From contig NC_086097.1 in the NCBI RefSeq assembly GCF_963921235.1, positions 176,206,001-176,270,000 of the forward strand: a stretch of DNA of 64,000 nucleotides, read 5' to 3'. The notes under the pieces are model-generated. The model saw only the letters and a program-made list of their open reading frames with translations. It had not been told where the DNA came from and made no database searches. Origin of the DNA: Mobula hypostoma (lineage: Eukaryota). The translations under genes and the position numbers were made by a program. How positions within the stretch are numbered: position 1 is the stretch's first letter; the number at the start of each line of letters is the position of its first letter. This document shows, piece by piece, positions 1 through 12,125 of the stretch.

Positions 1-859
1 ATATTCACAAGGTTTAATTATGTTCAATGTTATTATGTAATTAGCCATTTCCTCTTTGACGGTTGATTCTAGCACTTTGCCAAAATAGAGTTTGAACTAT
101 TTTACCTCTTACAAGTGAGCTACATAGGCTGCTTTCCAATCTCTGGTATCACTCCTGACATAACGAGCTCTGAAAACTTTTGGCCAATGGCTCCACTGTC
201 TGTGCAGCCACTTCCTTCAATGGGCACAAACCATCAAGTGTCACCCATTTGTCAACCCTCTTGAATATTTTATTCCTTGTAAGTGGGATTATTACCAACT
301 CCTCCCTGTCACTTGAAGTTAGCCTGCCTATTACCTTGGGCAGTTCCCCATGGTGAAGACTAATGAAAAATAAAGATTCAACACCTCTTTCATTTCATTA
401 ATTCCTGTTATTAATTTACCCGGTGCATTCTTTAGCAAACCCACACCAACCACAGCTACCTGCAAAAAAAAACCTTCTGGAAGATCTCAGTTGATCAAAC
501 ATCATTCTATGTCTACAGCCTTGGCCATCTTCATCCTATTTATGCATTCACAGAAATTCTTAGTATTTGTTTTGCTCTTGTACGCATTTTTCCCTCAAAA
601 TCATTTTTCTCCCTTCTTGTGAGCTTTTTAGCCTTTTGCTGCTGAATCTTATCACTTTGCACCTTAACTTTAGCCCTCACGTCCTTGTTAATGCAGATCA
701 TGCTTCTTTTGTGAGGAATCTCTTTTTCCTATTGGGATCAATTCCTGCTGAGTTTGCCAGACCAGCTGTTTGAATATCTACCATCCTTCATCCACTGACC
801 TACATATATCTCTTAGCTTATTTTCCCAATCCACCTTGATACCTTTAAGAAATCCCTGA

Positions 860-1345
860 GGATGGATGAGATCTATCTATCTATATGATCCACATCCCTC
901 CATTCCGCCCCCCCACATATTCATGTGTCAGTCTAAGAATCTCTTAAATTCCACTATTGTATTTGCTTTCAACATCACACCAGGCAGTACAACTGAGGCA
1001 GCCATTAAACGTTGTAGAAAAACATTGCCCCTCCCATCTTCTTTAACTTTTCCCTTCTCAACTTAAATGCACGCTCTCTTGAACTTAGTATTTCTACCCT
1101 GAGTGAAAGAATCTGACCATCTACCTTATATATGCCTCTCACAATTTTATAAAGTTCTATTGGGCTCCCCTCAGCTTCTGATGATCTAGAAAAAACAATC
1201 CAGCTCTTTCCAGCCTCTCCTTATAGCACATACTCTCTAATGTAGGCAGCATCATGACAGACCCTCTCCAAAGCCTTCACATTCTTCCTCTAATGAGGCA
1301 ATTGAACTGAACACAATACTCGAAATGAGGCCAAACCAAAATTTC
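860..1345 (-). mobile_element. Degraded CR1 LINE 3' fragment
   Basis: Resembles the CR1 3' ends found elsewhere in the window (e.g. 33632-34355); heavily decayed, boundaries approximate. Confidence 0.6.
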
Positions 1346-1480
1346 ATACAGAAGACCAATAAAGGCAGAGCAGTAGATTTACATATGGACTTTAGGAAGT
1401 CATTTAACACTGTAATGTGTTTTTCTGATGAGAAGCATATGACCACTGGTTAGCCTCTGGAACTGGTGCTAGAATATACA

Positions 1481-2370
1481 GTACACCTGTATCTGAAAGG
1501 TCCAACGGCTGGTGAGTCAGTATCTGGCAAAAACCACACCACGAAGACAAAAGAACACTCCAAGCAACTCCGTGAAGAGGTTATTGCAAAGCACAAGTTA
1601 GGAGATGGATACAAGAAAATATGCAAGCCAGTGGATTACAGTTAAGTCACTCATCAAGAAATGGAAAGAACATGGCACAGCTGTAAATCAGACTAGAGCA
1701 GGCCGTCTTCAAAACTTGAGTGACCGTGCAAGAAGGAGACTAGTGAGGGAGGCCACCAAGAGACCTATGACAACACTGGAGGGGTTACAAGCTTCAGTGG
1801 CTGAGATGGGAGAGACTGTGCATACAACAACTGTTGCCCAGGTGCTTCACCAGGCAGCTTTATGGGAGAGTGGCAATGAGAGATTCACTGCTGAAAAAAA
1901 TTCACATGAAATCTTGGCTAGAGTTTGCCTGAAGGCATGTGGGAGACACTGAAGTCAGCTGGAAGAAGGTTCCATGATCTGATGAAACCAAAATTGAGCG
2001 TTTTGGCCATCAGACTAAATGTTTAGCTTTGGCTTAAGCTAAACACCACACATCATCAAAAACACAACATACCTGCCGTGAAGCATGGTGGTGGCTGCAT
2101 CATACTGTGGGGATGCTTCACTGCAGAAGGCCCTGGAAGGCTTGTGAAGGTAGATGGTAAAATGAATGCAGCAAAATACAGGGAAATCCTGGAGTAAAAC
2201 CTGCAAGAGAACTGTGACTTGGGAGAAGGTTTGTTTTCCAGCAAGACAATGACCCCAAGCTTAAATCTACACAGGAATGGCTTAAAAACAACAAAGCTAA
2301 TGTCCTGGAGTAGTCAAGTTCAGAGTCCAGACCTCAATCCAATTGAGAATTTGTTGCTGGACTTGAAAAG
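1481..2370 (+). mobile_element. Truncated Tc1-family transposase pseudogene
   Basis: ORF 1605-1952 (VKSLIKKWKEHGTAVN..GR...RRLVREATKRPMTT) is a Tc1 HTH region. Downstream DETKIE, VKHGGG and SPDLNPIENL motifs are broken by stops and frameshifts. Same family as 31034-33467; no terminal inverted repeats (TIRs). Confidence 0.9.
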
Positions 2371-2640
2371 GTGTTAACGGACATTTTTAATATCTCTCTG
2401 AAACAGTCCACTGTACCTGCAGGCTTCAAGACAGCCACCATCATTCCGGTGCCAAAGAAAGTCGTGGTAACTGGCTTAAATGATTACCACTCAGTGGCAC
2501 TGACTTCAACAATCATGAACTTCTTTGAGCAGCTGGTAATGGATCATATAAAATCCCACCATCCAGCTGCATTGGACCCATTCCAGTTCACCTACTGCTC
2601 CGCTCATGATGTCATAGAGTCGGCCCCCCCCACCCATCCT
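2371..2640 (+). mobile_element. Rex1/Babar LINE reverse-transcriptase fragment
   Basis: LTDIFNISLKQSTVPAGFKTATIIPVPKK..LNDYHSVALTS..LDPFQFTY matches the N-terminal RT region of Rex1-type LINEs. Confidence 0.8.
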
Positions 2641-3529
2641 GCCTCACCCAGGAAATGGCTGACCCAGCTCCTTTGTATGGTGCTCCTCAGTTCCAGCTCC
2701 TGCACTCTCTCGTGTCCCAGCTTAGCTTTTGCAATGCTTTGCACGTTAACGTATTGCTAATATACACATTCTTTTCTTGCATATCGTTCATACAGATCAA
2801 ATCATCACACACTGCATTGAGGTAGAATGAGGTAAAAGAACAACTATACAGAAAAAGTGTAAAAGCTACAGAAAAAGTGCAGTGCAGGTAAGCAATAAAG
2901 TGTAAGATCAGGAGGTAGTTTGTGAGCTCAAGTGTTCATTTTTAGTGTACAATCCATTCAAAATCTTATGACAGCAGATAGAAGCTGTCTTTCAGCCTGA
3001 TGGAGCACACTTTCTTCTTTTTTTAATTTTGGGCCCAATGGAATTGGGGAGATGCAAAAATTGCTGGTGTGGGAGAGGACTTGGATTATTCAGGCTGCTT
3101 TTCTGAGGCAGTGAGAAGTGTAGTCAGAGTCTATGGAGGGGATGGTGGTTTTTGTGATGTGCTGAACTGTGCCCAAGTCTGCAGTTATTTGCAGTGTTTT
3201 ATTGTATCTGCCTTTGTCGCTTCTTCTGGCAGCTCATTCCTCTGTGTGAAAGAGTTACCTCTCAGATTTTCACACTCTCTCCCTAAAGCCCCTCGTTCAT
3301 GTTTCCCCAGCCCTGGGTAAAAGAGAGACACCAGTTCAGGGCCAACAAAGGATACTTAATGAATGTCAGCATTTCCAATAAAAAACATTCCTCAGGATAA
3401 AAAACCGAGCTGCACAGTGGGAGTGCAGCACTGTATAGAGCCATTATTATATTCTGATGAGGGTTAACAAGAACATAGGATCCAGTCAGGGTGGGTTGGC
3501 CAATAGGAAGTCAGTGATCCCCATGGTCA

Positions 3530-4099
3530 ATGTTCAAGGCCAGTGGCCCCCATGTCAAAGAGATCCCCCATGTTTCTGGGTCCTGGGATCAGAGATCCAT
3601 GTGGGCAGGAGGCTCAAGGGCTGGTGAATCTCCAGGTTGGCAAGTCCCAGGTTCAGAAATCTGGAGTTCTGTGTCCAATGATCAGCGAGTTCTGGGGTCA
3701 ATAATGGAGACTGAAGACTGAAGTTGGTGATTCCAGAAATAAAGGTTCGATGTTCAAAACCCTTGGGTTGGCAAGTTTGGAAGTCGGAGGCCCAATGTCC
3801 GTGGGTGTGCGAGTCCGCTGGAGGCTGGAAGCCTATAGGCAGCCTGTTCTGGTATTGAAAGCCTGTCTCTGAATGTGATTTCAAGGGTGGTTGGAAGAGA
3901 GGACAGAGACTTGTTTTGCTGTTTCTGTTTTATTGCTGTTGTTGTTGTTCTATCTGAACATCGTGGACATGCTACGTTGGTGCTGAAATGTGTGGCAACA
4001 GTGGACTGCCTTCAGTAATGTTGGTTCTAACGTTAGCAATGCACTTCACCACATGTTTCAATGTACACGTGATAAATAAACGAATCTGAATCTGAATCT
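3530..4099 (+). mobile_element. Non-coding retroposon-like repeat with AATAAA-(GAATCT)n tail
   Basis: Ends in aataaataaacgaatctgaatctgaatct, a LINE-type microsatellite tail; no coding motif; 5' boundary uncertain. Confidence 0.45.
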
Positions 4100-4417
4100 A
4101 TTGGAACACACGCCCAACCGTGCCAGCTTCTGGGGTTCAGATGCTCTAACTCTCCAGAATATAGATAGCTGGCACAGCCCCTTTAAAGATGCAGGCCATC
4201 CACCCCCCATTGGCAGTCATATTTTGGCCCCAGGATTTAATATTTAAAAGAGCACAAATTGGGATTCAGTGCTCAATCATCAGCTCAGTTCTGGATTGTC
4301 ATCTAGTATCTAGCTCAGAACCCTGTCTTCGTTTCAGTCTTCTATCCTGTCCTAATTCTAGTCTTGGATACTCCAGGACTTGGGTCCTAACCATCCTCAT
4401 CTAGCTCTCTCATCACA
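4100..4417 (+). repeat. 5' LTR remnant of the chromovirus-like Gypsy
   Basis: Collinear with 9003-9297 (ggatttaatatttaaa..gagcac, attctagtcttggatactccag..cttgggtcc..aaccatcctca); ends in CA; start not resolved. Confidence 0.85.
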
Positions 4418-6997
4418 GTACAATTGAGTCAACATGGATTCAGGAGGGTTTTGAAGCCTTTTGTCAGCTGCGGACAGCCACAGTGAGAAAATTTCAAGAC
4501 AGAGCCTGGAGATACACCACCTCTTGGTTGCTGTGTGCCAACTATCGCAGTGAGGAAGTCAGAGTCACTCAGGTGAGGCTGTTGGTCACTCTGCGGAGCC
4601 AGTCCATCTCCAAACCAAGAGAAATTCGCTCATGGCCTGAGTTCTTGCCACAGCTTCCTTACTCAACGTTCATTGAAGTCCAGCTGGCCCAGTTCCATAT
4701 GGAACGCGAGAAGGTGGCCTTCATGATCTCTCCTGACTGAGAAAGCCCTGGCATGGGCCACCATGTATTGGGAGTGAAGGTTGGAGATTTGCTTGGATGC
4801 GGAGGAATTCATGGTCGCTATGAAGAGGGTGTTCCATCATCCTGCCAGAGCTAAATGAGCCTCGGACCGCCTGGTGAAGGTGCGTTAGGGCAGTCAGTCA
4901 GCAGCCGACTATGCCATTGAATTTCAGACTTTGGCCTAAGAGAGTGGGTGGAACGAGGACGCCTTGGTCACTCTGTACCACCACAGACTCCGAGGCAAAC
5001 TAAAAGACGTCCTTGCCTTGGGGGAGTTGGTAGAGGACTTGGAGGCTCTGATTGATCAGCCCATCTGTCTTGATAATCGCCTGGCAGAGTGAGAGTGAGA
5101 CTACCTCAAGAGACTCGTCCAAACCCAGACTCAATGCACTGCAGTTCCATGCCCCAGCCTCAGGCAATGCTCAGGATCCTGTCAAGCCCATGCAAATTGG
5201 CTGCATAAGAATCTTCACCAAGTAGAGACTCTGGTGTAGGAGTTGAGGTTGCAGCTACAACTGTGGGGAAGCTTGTCACCTGTGTGCCAAATACCCTCGA
5301 GAAAACTATTAAGCTCATTTGGTGTTGGGAGGACTGTAATGGTAACAGCCACTATTCTCAACCTCTCAGAATTTGGTGTCACACTGAGGGCGGAGATCTC
5401 CTGGGGTAAGAACCAATGAGAAGTGAGTGCTTTATCAGACTCTGAGGCTGCTGGAAGTTTTCTGGACCTGGGGACCGCCCAGCAGCTCAATGGACTGCTG
5501 CAGGAGTTGAGCTAGCCCATGCCCGCCACTGTCTTGGACAGCTGTCTGCTTGGTTCCGGACAGATCCAGCAGCAGACATTGGTTCTGTGGATGAGGATAG
5601 AGGATCATGCTGAGGCCATTGGCTTCTCTATCACTGAGTCTCCTCACATACCCCTGACCCTCGGGCACATTTGGTTGTCCTAGCAAAACGCTTCCATGGA
5701 CTGGAAGGAAGGGAGCATCATCAAATGGTCCAGTCACTGCAAGAAGGTTTGTTTTCAGCTTGGTTCTGACCTCCAGACCCCCAGATCTGGAAGAGGCATT
5801 AAGCAAGGGAAAGGCTTCGACTCTTCCACTGCACTGACCCCACGACTATGCTATAGACTTATAGCTTGGTACTTGTCCAATGTGGAGTCAATTATACATG
5901 TTCTGAGGCCCAGAGAGAAGTGCTATGGAGGAGTATATAAAGGAGGCTCTTGCCCTGGGATTCATTCGACACTCTACCTCTCTAGATGGTGCTGGCTTCT
6001 TCTTTGTACAGAAGAAGTACAGGAGCCTGCAGCCGTGCATTGATTATAGAGGACTGTATCACACAATGGTCATGAATCGTTACTCTTTTCCACTCATGAG
6101 CACTGCCTTCGAGATTCTCCAAGAGGCTAGAGTATTCTCGAAACTAGACTTGCAGAGTGCGTACAGTCTGGTTCGCATAAAGGAGGGTGACGAGTGGAAG
6201 ATGGCATTCAACATACCGATAGGGCACTATAAGTATCTGGTCATGCCTTTCAGCCTTTATCAAAGGCCTGCAAATTCATCACCTTGGACAAACTACCATC
6301 TGTGGTGGAGATGGCTGAAATTGACCTGCACCAGGTCTTCAGGATCCACAGTTTTCCAACGGCCATTGTGTCAGATCGCTGTCCACATTTCATGTCATAT
6401 TTTTGGAGGGCACTCTGTGAGCTGATTGGGGCAAACATGAATCTTTCCTTTGGCTTTCACCCACAGTCCAATGATCGGTGAACCAAGGCTTGGAACAAAC
6501 CTTAGGATACCTGGCCTCTGAAAGACTGGACGAGAGGTGTGACCACTTGATGTGGGTAGATGTGCCCCTGACACTTCACAGCATTCAGCACACAGGATGT
6601 CCCATTTCAACTGCCAATTTGGATATTCTCCGCCACTCTTCCCTGAGCAGGAGGCTGAGTTTGGGGTTCCTGCTGCCAAAGATGTTGTCCGACTCTGACA
6701 GGAGAAATGGACTAGGGTAAGGGAGATTTTGTTAGCTTCTACCTGGAAAGCTGAAATGAAGGCCGATCACAAGAGAAAACAGGGACCAGATTTGCAGCCT
6801 GGGCACCAGGTACGGCTGTTGACTCAGGATTTGCCTCTCCGGGTGGAGTCTAGGAAATTGGTGCCCTTCGAGATTCTCAGGAAAGTTAACTCAGCGGCCT
6901 ACACCTTGTGGCTCCCCAAGGCCCCTAAGATCAAGCAACATACATCAAAGTTGCTGGTGAACGCAGCAGGCCAAGCAGCATCTATAGGAAGAGGCGC

Positions 6998-7033
6998 AGT
7001 CGACGTTTCAGGCCGAGACCCTTCGTCAGGACT
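6998..7033 (-). ncRNA. Minimal type-I hammerhead ribozyme motif, inverted copy
   Basis: Exact reverse complement of 8595-8630. Confidence 0.8.
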
Positions 7034-7330
7034 AACTGAAGGAAGAGTGAGTAAGGGATTTGAAAGCTGAAGGGGGAGGGGGAGATCCAAAATGATAGGA
7101 GAAGACAGGAGGGGGAGGGATAGAGCTGAGAGCTGGACAGGTGATAGGCAAAAGTGGATACGAGAGGATCATGGGACAGGAGGTCTGGGAAGAAAGACAA
7201 GGAGGGGGGGGTTGACCCAGAGGATGGGCAAGAGGTATATTCAGAGGGACAGAGGGAGAAAAAGGAGAGTGAGAGAAAGAATGTGTGCATAAAAATGAGT
7301 AACAGATGGGGTACGAGGGGGAGGTGGGGC

Positions 7331-7657
7331 CTAGCGGAAGTTAGAGAAGTCGATGTTCATGCCATCAGGTTGGAGGCTACCCAGATGGAATATAAGGTGT
7401 TGTTCCTCCAACCTGAGTGTGGCTTCATCTTTACAGTAGAGGAGGCCGTGGATAGACATGTCAGAATGGGAATGGGATGTGGAATTAAAATGTCTGGCCA
7501 CTGGGAGATCCTGCTTTCTCTGGCGGACAGAGCGTAGATGTTCAGCAAAGCGGTCTCCCAGTCTGCGTCGGGTCTCACCAATATATAAAAGGCCACATCG
7601 GGAGCACCGGACGCAGTATATCACCCCAGTCGACTCACAGGTGAAGTGATGCCTCAC
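7331..7657 (-). pseudogene. PLE GIY-YIG endonuclease domain, open C-terminal remnant of a 5'-truncated ORF
   Basis: HFTCESTGVIYCVRCSRCGLLYIGETRRRLGDRFAEHLRS..PVARHF..LRLEEQHLIFHLGSLQPDGMN: VIY/YIG motifs with CxxC typical of Penelope-like endonucleases. Confidence 0.92.
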
Positions 7658-8594
7658 CTGGAAGGACTGTTTGGGGCCCTGAATGGTGGTAAGGGAGGAA
7701 GTGTAAGGGCATGTGTAGCACTTGTTCCGCTTACACGGATAAGTGCCAGGAGGGAGATCAGTGGGGAGGGATGGGGGGGACGAATGGACAAGGGAGTTGT
7801 GTAGGGAGCGATCCCTGCGGAATGCAGAGAGAGGCGGGGAGGGAAAGATGTGCTTAGTGGTGGGATCCCGTTGGAGGTGGCGGAAGTTACGGAGAATAAT
7901 ATGTTGGACCCGGAGGCTAGTGGGGTGGTAGGTGAGGACCGGGGAACCCTATTCCTAGTGGGGTGGTGGGAGGATGGAGTGAGAGCAGATGTACGTGAAA
8001 TGGGGGAGATGCGTTTAAGAGCAGAGTTGATAGTGGAGGAAGGGAAGCCCCTTTCTTTAAAAAATGAAGACATCTCCCTCGTCCTAGACATCTACGCTCT
8101 GTCCGCCAGAGAAAGCAGGATCTCCCAGTGGCCACACATTTTAATTCCACATCCCATTCCCATTCTGACATGTCTATCCACGGCCTCCTCTACTGTAAAG
8201 ATGAAGCCACACTCAGGTTGGAGGAACAACACCTTATATTCCGTCTGGGTAGCCTCCAACCTGATGGCATGAACATCGACTTCTCTAACTTCCGCTAGGC
8301 CCCACCTCCCCCTCGTACCCCATCTGTTACTCATTTTTATGCACACATTCTTTCTCTCACTCTCCTTTTTCTCCCTCTGTCCCTCTGAATATACCCCTTG
8401 CCCATCCTCTGGGTCAACCCCCCCTCCTTGTCTTTCTTCCCAGACCTCCTGTCCCATGATCCTCTCGTATCCACTTTTGCTTATCACCTGTCCAGCTCTT
8501 GACTCTATCCCTCCCCCTCCTGTCTTCTCCTATCATTTTGGATCTCCCCCTCCCCCTCCAACTTTCAAATCCCTTACTCACTCTTCCTTCAGTT

Positions 8595-8630
8595 AGTCCT
8601 GACGAAGGGTCTCGGCCTGAAACGTCGACT
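8595..8630 (+). ncRNA. Minimal type-I hammerhead ribozyme motif in the PLE terminal repeat
   Basis: AGTC (stem I) - CTGACGA - AGG gtctcgg CCT (stem II) - GAAA - CGTC, predicted cleavage after 8626 - GACT (stem I). Stem III is reduced to palindromic ACGT. Confidence 0.8.
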
Positions 8631-9002
8631 GCACCTCTTCCTACAGATGCTGCCTGGCCTGCTGCGTTCACCAGCAACTTTGATGTATGTTGCTTGAATT
8701 TCCAGCATCTGCAGAATTCCTGTTGTTTGTCCTTAAGATCAATCCCACTTTCCATGTTTCCAAATGAAAGGCTGTGAACACCAGCCCTTTAGTCCACCAC
8801 CATCAGTTTTCTGCTGCCTGGGTTTGCCGTTAGCAGACTTTGGATTCACGAACTGTTCGGGGTGTTTGACAGTTCCCTGTGGACTAGGAAGGATTCGGAC
8901 CTGAGGAACGGTGCTGAGTTCCTGAAAGGAACATCTTGGATCTGGCTCTCATCCACGACTACCATCATCGTCTCTCTGAGCAGCCAGGACCATCAGGGGA
9001 GG

Positions 9003-9297
9003 ACACAGGCCAGCTTCCAGGGTTTAGACGCACTAACTCTCTGGAATATAGCTAGCTAGCATGGCTTCTTTAGAGAGTCAGGACACCCCGCTAATCGGCA
9101 GCCGTGTTTTGGCACCGGGATTTAATATTTAAAGAGCACCTGATCTGAGTGCTCAATTATCGTCTCAGTTTTGGGTGCTTGTCTAGCATCTAGTTTAGAA
9201 TCCTGCCTTCATTTCTGTCCTGTATCGTGACTCGATTCTAGTCTTGGATACTCCAGCACTTGGGTCCCAACCATCCTCACCTAGATCTCTCGTCACA
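9003..9297 (+). repeat. 3' LTR remnant of the chromovirus-like Gypsy
   Basis: Diverged direct repeat of 4100-4417 ending cgtcaca; no clear TG start or polypurine tract seen. Confidence 0.85.
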
Positions 9298-9309
9298 AGA
9301 TCTGAGGAT

Positions 9310-10190
9310 ACAAAATTGGTTTGCTGGTAAGAGCAAAGGTATTGGGGTCCTGTGGTGTGTTACAGAGATTGATGCTCAGTCCCCTGTTTTCAGTCATGTA
9401 TATTAACAATATGAATGAGAGCGTAAGTGACACTAAAACTGGTGGTAAAGTGGACAATGAAGAAGATTGTCTAAGCTTGCCACTGGATCTAGATCAACCG
9501 GCAAAGTGGGCCAAGGAATGGCAGACTGAATTTAACTCAGACAAGTGGAGAGTTGAAATTTCCAAAATTAAACCAGGGCAGACTTACACAGTAAGTGGCA
9601 GAGCCCTGGAGAATGCTGTAGAAAAAAAGAGACCTAGCGTTACAAGGACATTGTTCTGAGTAAGCGATGTCACAGATAAGGCAGTGTGCTGGAGAAGGCA
9701 TCTGGCACCCTTGGCTTTTTCAGTCAGGACCCGAAGTACAAGAGATGGAATGTTGTTTAGATTGAACGTGGAGTATCTTGTGCAGTCTTTTTGCCACACT
9801 GTAGTAAGGATGTGTTTAAGCTGGAGAGGGTGCAGAAAAGATACACAAGGATATTGTCAGGACTGGAAGTCTTCATTTTTTAGGGGAGATTGGATAGGGT
9901 GGGACATTTTTCACTGGAATGAAGGAGGGTGAAGGCTAACTTTGTCTTTTTCCCAGAGTAGGGGAGTCTAAATTTGAGGGCATTGCTTTAAGGTGAGAGG
10001 GGAAATAGGTAGAGGTCCTGGTAAAGACAAGTATAGTTACAACATTTAAAATATATTTTGACAGGTACACAAACAGGAAAGGGCTAGAGGTAAATAGGAC
10101 AATTGGAGGGAAATGGGATTAACTTTGAAAGGCATCTTGATAGGTACAGACAAGCTGGACTAAAGGCCTTGTTCCCATGCTGTAGAAGTC
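9310..10190 (+). mobile_element. CR1 LINE RT/3' fragment, degraded
   Basis: LSPLFSVMYINNM..DTKTGGKVDNEED..DLDQPAKWAKEWQTEFNSDK is the CR1 RT C-terminal motif, followed by a CR1-like 3' UTR. Confidence 0.85.
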
Positions 10191-10754
10191 TGAATTACTG
10201 AATTTCTAGAGTTTCAGCAAATTTACAAAGTGTTCAGTTTGGCCCGGCAAATTTACAAGGCTGGAGAAACTGAGATATAATTATCACATATCAATATTTA
10301 GTTTTGATTATCTTGAGAAGCAGCTCCACCCACAAATTTGTTTATCCCTAAAGTATGAATTAATCACCTTCTGAAATTGCACTTATTTAGAACAGAAAAA
10401 AGGAAGCAAATATTGTGCCCGAGTTTTAGAGTCAGTGTCACGTTTTGAAAATATTTCAACAGAATAAGAAAATTACTAATGGATTTCTGCAACATCAAAA
10501 AACTATTTGGGTGTTTCAGTATAAATTTCACGAAGATATATTTAGCAAATTAAGATTAAATTCCATACAGTAGGTGTATGAGAAACGTGTTTGAAATGTT
10601 TAATTCTGAGGACGAAGCCTACTTTCAACAGCAGAGATTTATAGAGTTATACAGCATACAAACAAGTCCTTTGGCCTGACTCATTAGTTGCTGACCAGGT
10701 TGCTTAGCAGCACTAGGCAAACAATCTGAATGTTCCAGAAATTCATGAAAAATC

Positions 10755-11305
10755 AGAATCAGGAAAGATCAAAATCAGGTTTATTATTATATTTGACGTA
10801 TGTTGTGAAATTTGTTGTTTTGTAGCAATGGTATAGAGCAAGTCATAAAAATTGCTGTAAGTCCCCAAAATAAATAATAAATAAATAGATATATTAATGG
10901 ATAGATAGACACAGTAGTTAGATAGACAGATAAATAATACAGAAGGGGAATAGCAGGATCATGTTTGTGGGTTATCAGATTGTTCAGAAATCTGACAGCG
11001 GAGTCAAAGAAACTGTTTCTAAAATATTGAATGTGGGTCTTCAGAATCCTGCATCTCGTCCCTGATGGCAATAATGAGAAGAAGCCATGTCCTGGATGGT
11101 GAGGGTCCCTAACAATGAATGCCACTTTCTTGAGGCACTGCTCTTTGAAGATGTTCTTGATGGTGTGGAGGTTTGTGCCTATGATAGAGGTGGAGAAGTC
11201 TACAATACTCTGCTGCCTCATTCAATTCCGTGCATTGGAGCCTCAGTGGCAGGTGGCGATGTAACCAGTCAGTATGCTCTCTGTGTTACCTCAGTAGAAA
11301 TTTTC
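10755..11305 (-). mobile_element. Rex1/Babar LINE 3' fragment
   Basis: ORF 10787-11221: IVRDPHHPGHGFFSLLPSGTRCR..FRNSFFDSAVRFLN; (GATTCT)-like tail. Confidence 0.85.
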
Positions 11306-11444
11306 TAGCCTTTTTAAAATTTAAAATTTTATTTTATTAATTTTTGATCTATTCATTTATTTTTATAATTCGGGGATTTTATGTTTTCACATTGTACTGC
11401 TGATGCAAAGCAATAAATTTCATGTCATATATCAGTAATATGAG

Positions 11445-12125
11445 GAGGAGGAGAAGATGGTGGCGTGACGCAGCGCGCATGGCCACTTCAGTGGTGATGT
11501 CTGTTATTTGTCAAGTAGGGGACCATGCACAATTGTGATTTGATGGAGACTGATGTGACAGTACGGAGGAAAATCTGGAGAAACTTCTGAAATGCCCACT
11601 TTGCTGCCGCTGTTACTGTGGGGTCCGGAATCTCTGGGGGTTAAGGCCCCGAATCCTTGGCTTTGCTTGTTTCGGCAGCCGGGATGAAGTCAAAAGCGCT
11701 CGGCAGAGGATGGCGTTCGGGAGGCAGTATCGGAGGGGCTGGTTGGAGGCCCGAAGTTTTCGGATGGACGGACTCAGTGTCGGCTGTGGTTGGGTGCTTC
11801 CAATGCATCGGCAGTTGTCGGTGCCTGGAGGTTTATGGCAGGGAGTTTCTCCCTTTGCCGCCTGCTATCGGGGACTCAGGGGTCGATCGACTCGGGACTT
11901 CGAGACTTTTTTTACCGTGCCCATGGTCTGTTCTTTATCAAATTATGGTATTGCTTTGCACTGCTGTAACTGTGTGTTATAATTATGTGGTTCTGTCAGT
12001 GTTAGTCTTTGGTTTGTCCTGTTTTTCTGTGATATCACTCTGGAGAAATGTTGTATCATTTCTTAATGCATTCATGCATTTCTAAATGACAATAAACGAG
12101 GACAGAGTGTTCTCATAATATAATT
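11445..12125 (+). mobile_element. Non-autonomous retroposon: GC-rich 5' leader plus AATAAA tail, no RT
   Basis: Starts gaggagaagatggtggcg (AAGATGGCG-like LINE leader), CpG-rich, ends gacaataaacgagg..cataatataattata; splits another LINE tail (atcagtaata / gatctgattctgattct). Confidence 0.6.

Larger units (their letters stand above)
6935..8728. mobile_element. Young Penelope-like element insertion with inverted (fold-back) terminal duplication
   Basis: Minus-strand PLE 3' part 6935-8087 followed by its reverse complement from 8088. Flanked by gcccctaagatcaa (6921-6934) and gtccttaagatcaa (8729-8742). The Gypsy integrase sequence resumes after it (LKINPTFHVS). Confidence 0.93.
4100..9297 (+). 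mobile_element. Gypsy chromovirus (Sushi-like) LTR retrotransposon, decayed, internally deleted, interrupted by a Penelope-like insertion
   Basis: Two diverged LTR remnants end ..tcaca at 4417 and 9297. Gag starts at about 4435; protease LSDSEAAGSF about 5430; RT ([56 protein letters not shown]) 5925-6255; integrase ([16 protein letters not shown]) 6284-6480; decayed chromodomain (VD*EGFGPEERC*VP..ILD) about 8850-8980. Confidence 0.92.

Noticed and set aside
4435..6480. PEG10/RTL1-like domesticated gene
   Set aside because: Many stops and frameshifts, a large pol deletion and flanking LTRs indicate a dead retrotransposon.
7092..8777. Many short overlapping ORFs on both strands
   Set aside because: Alternative-frame and antisense readings of the PLE and its inverted duplicate.
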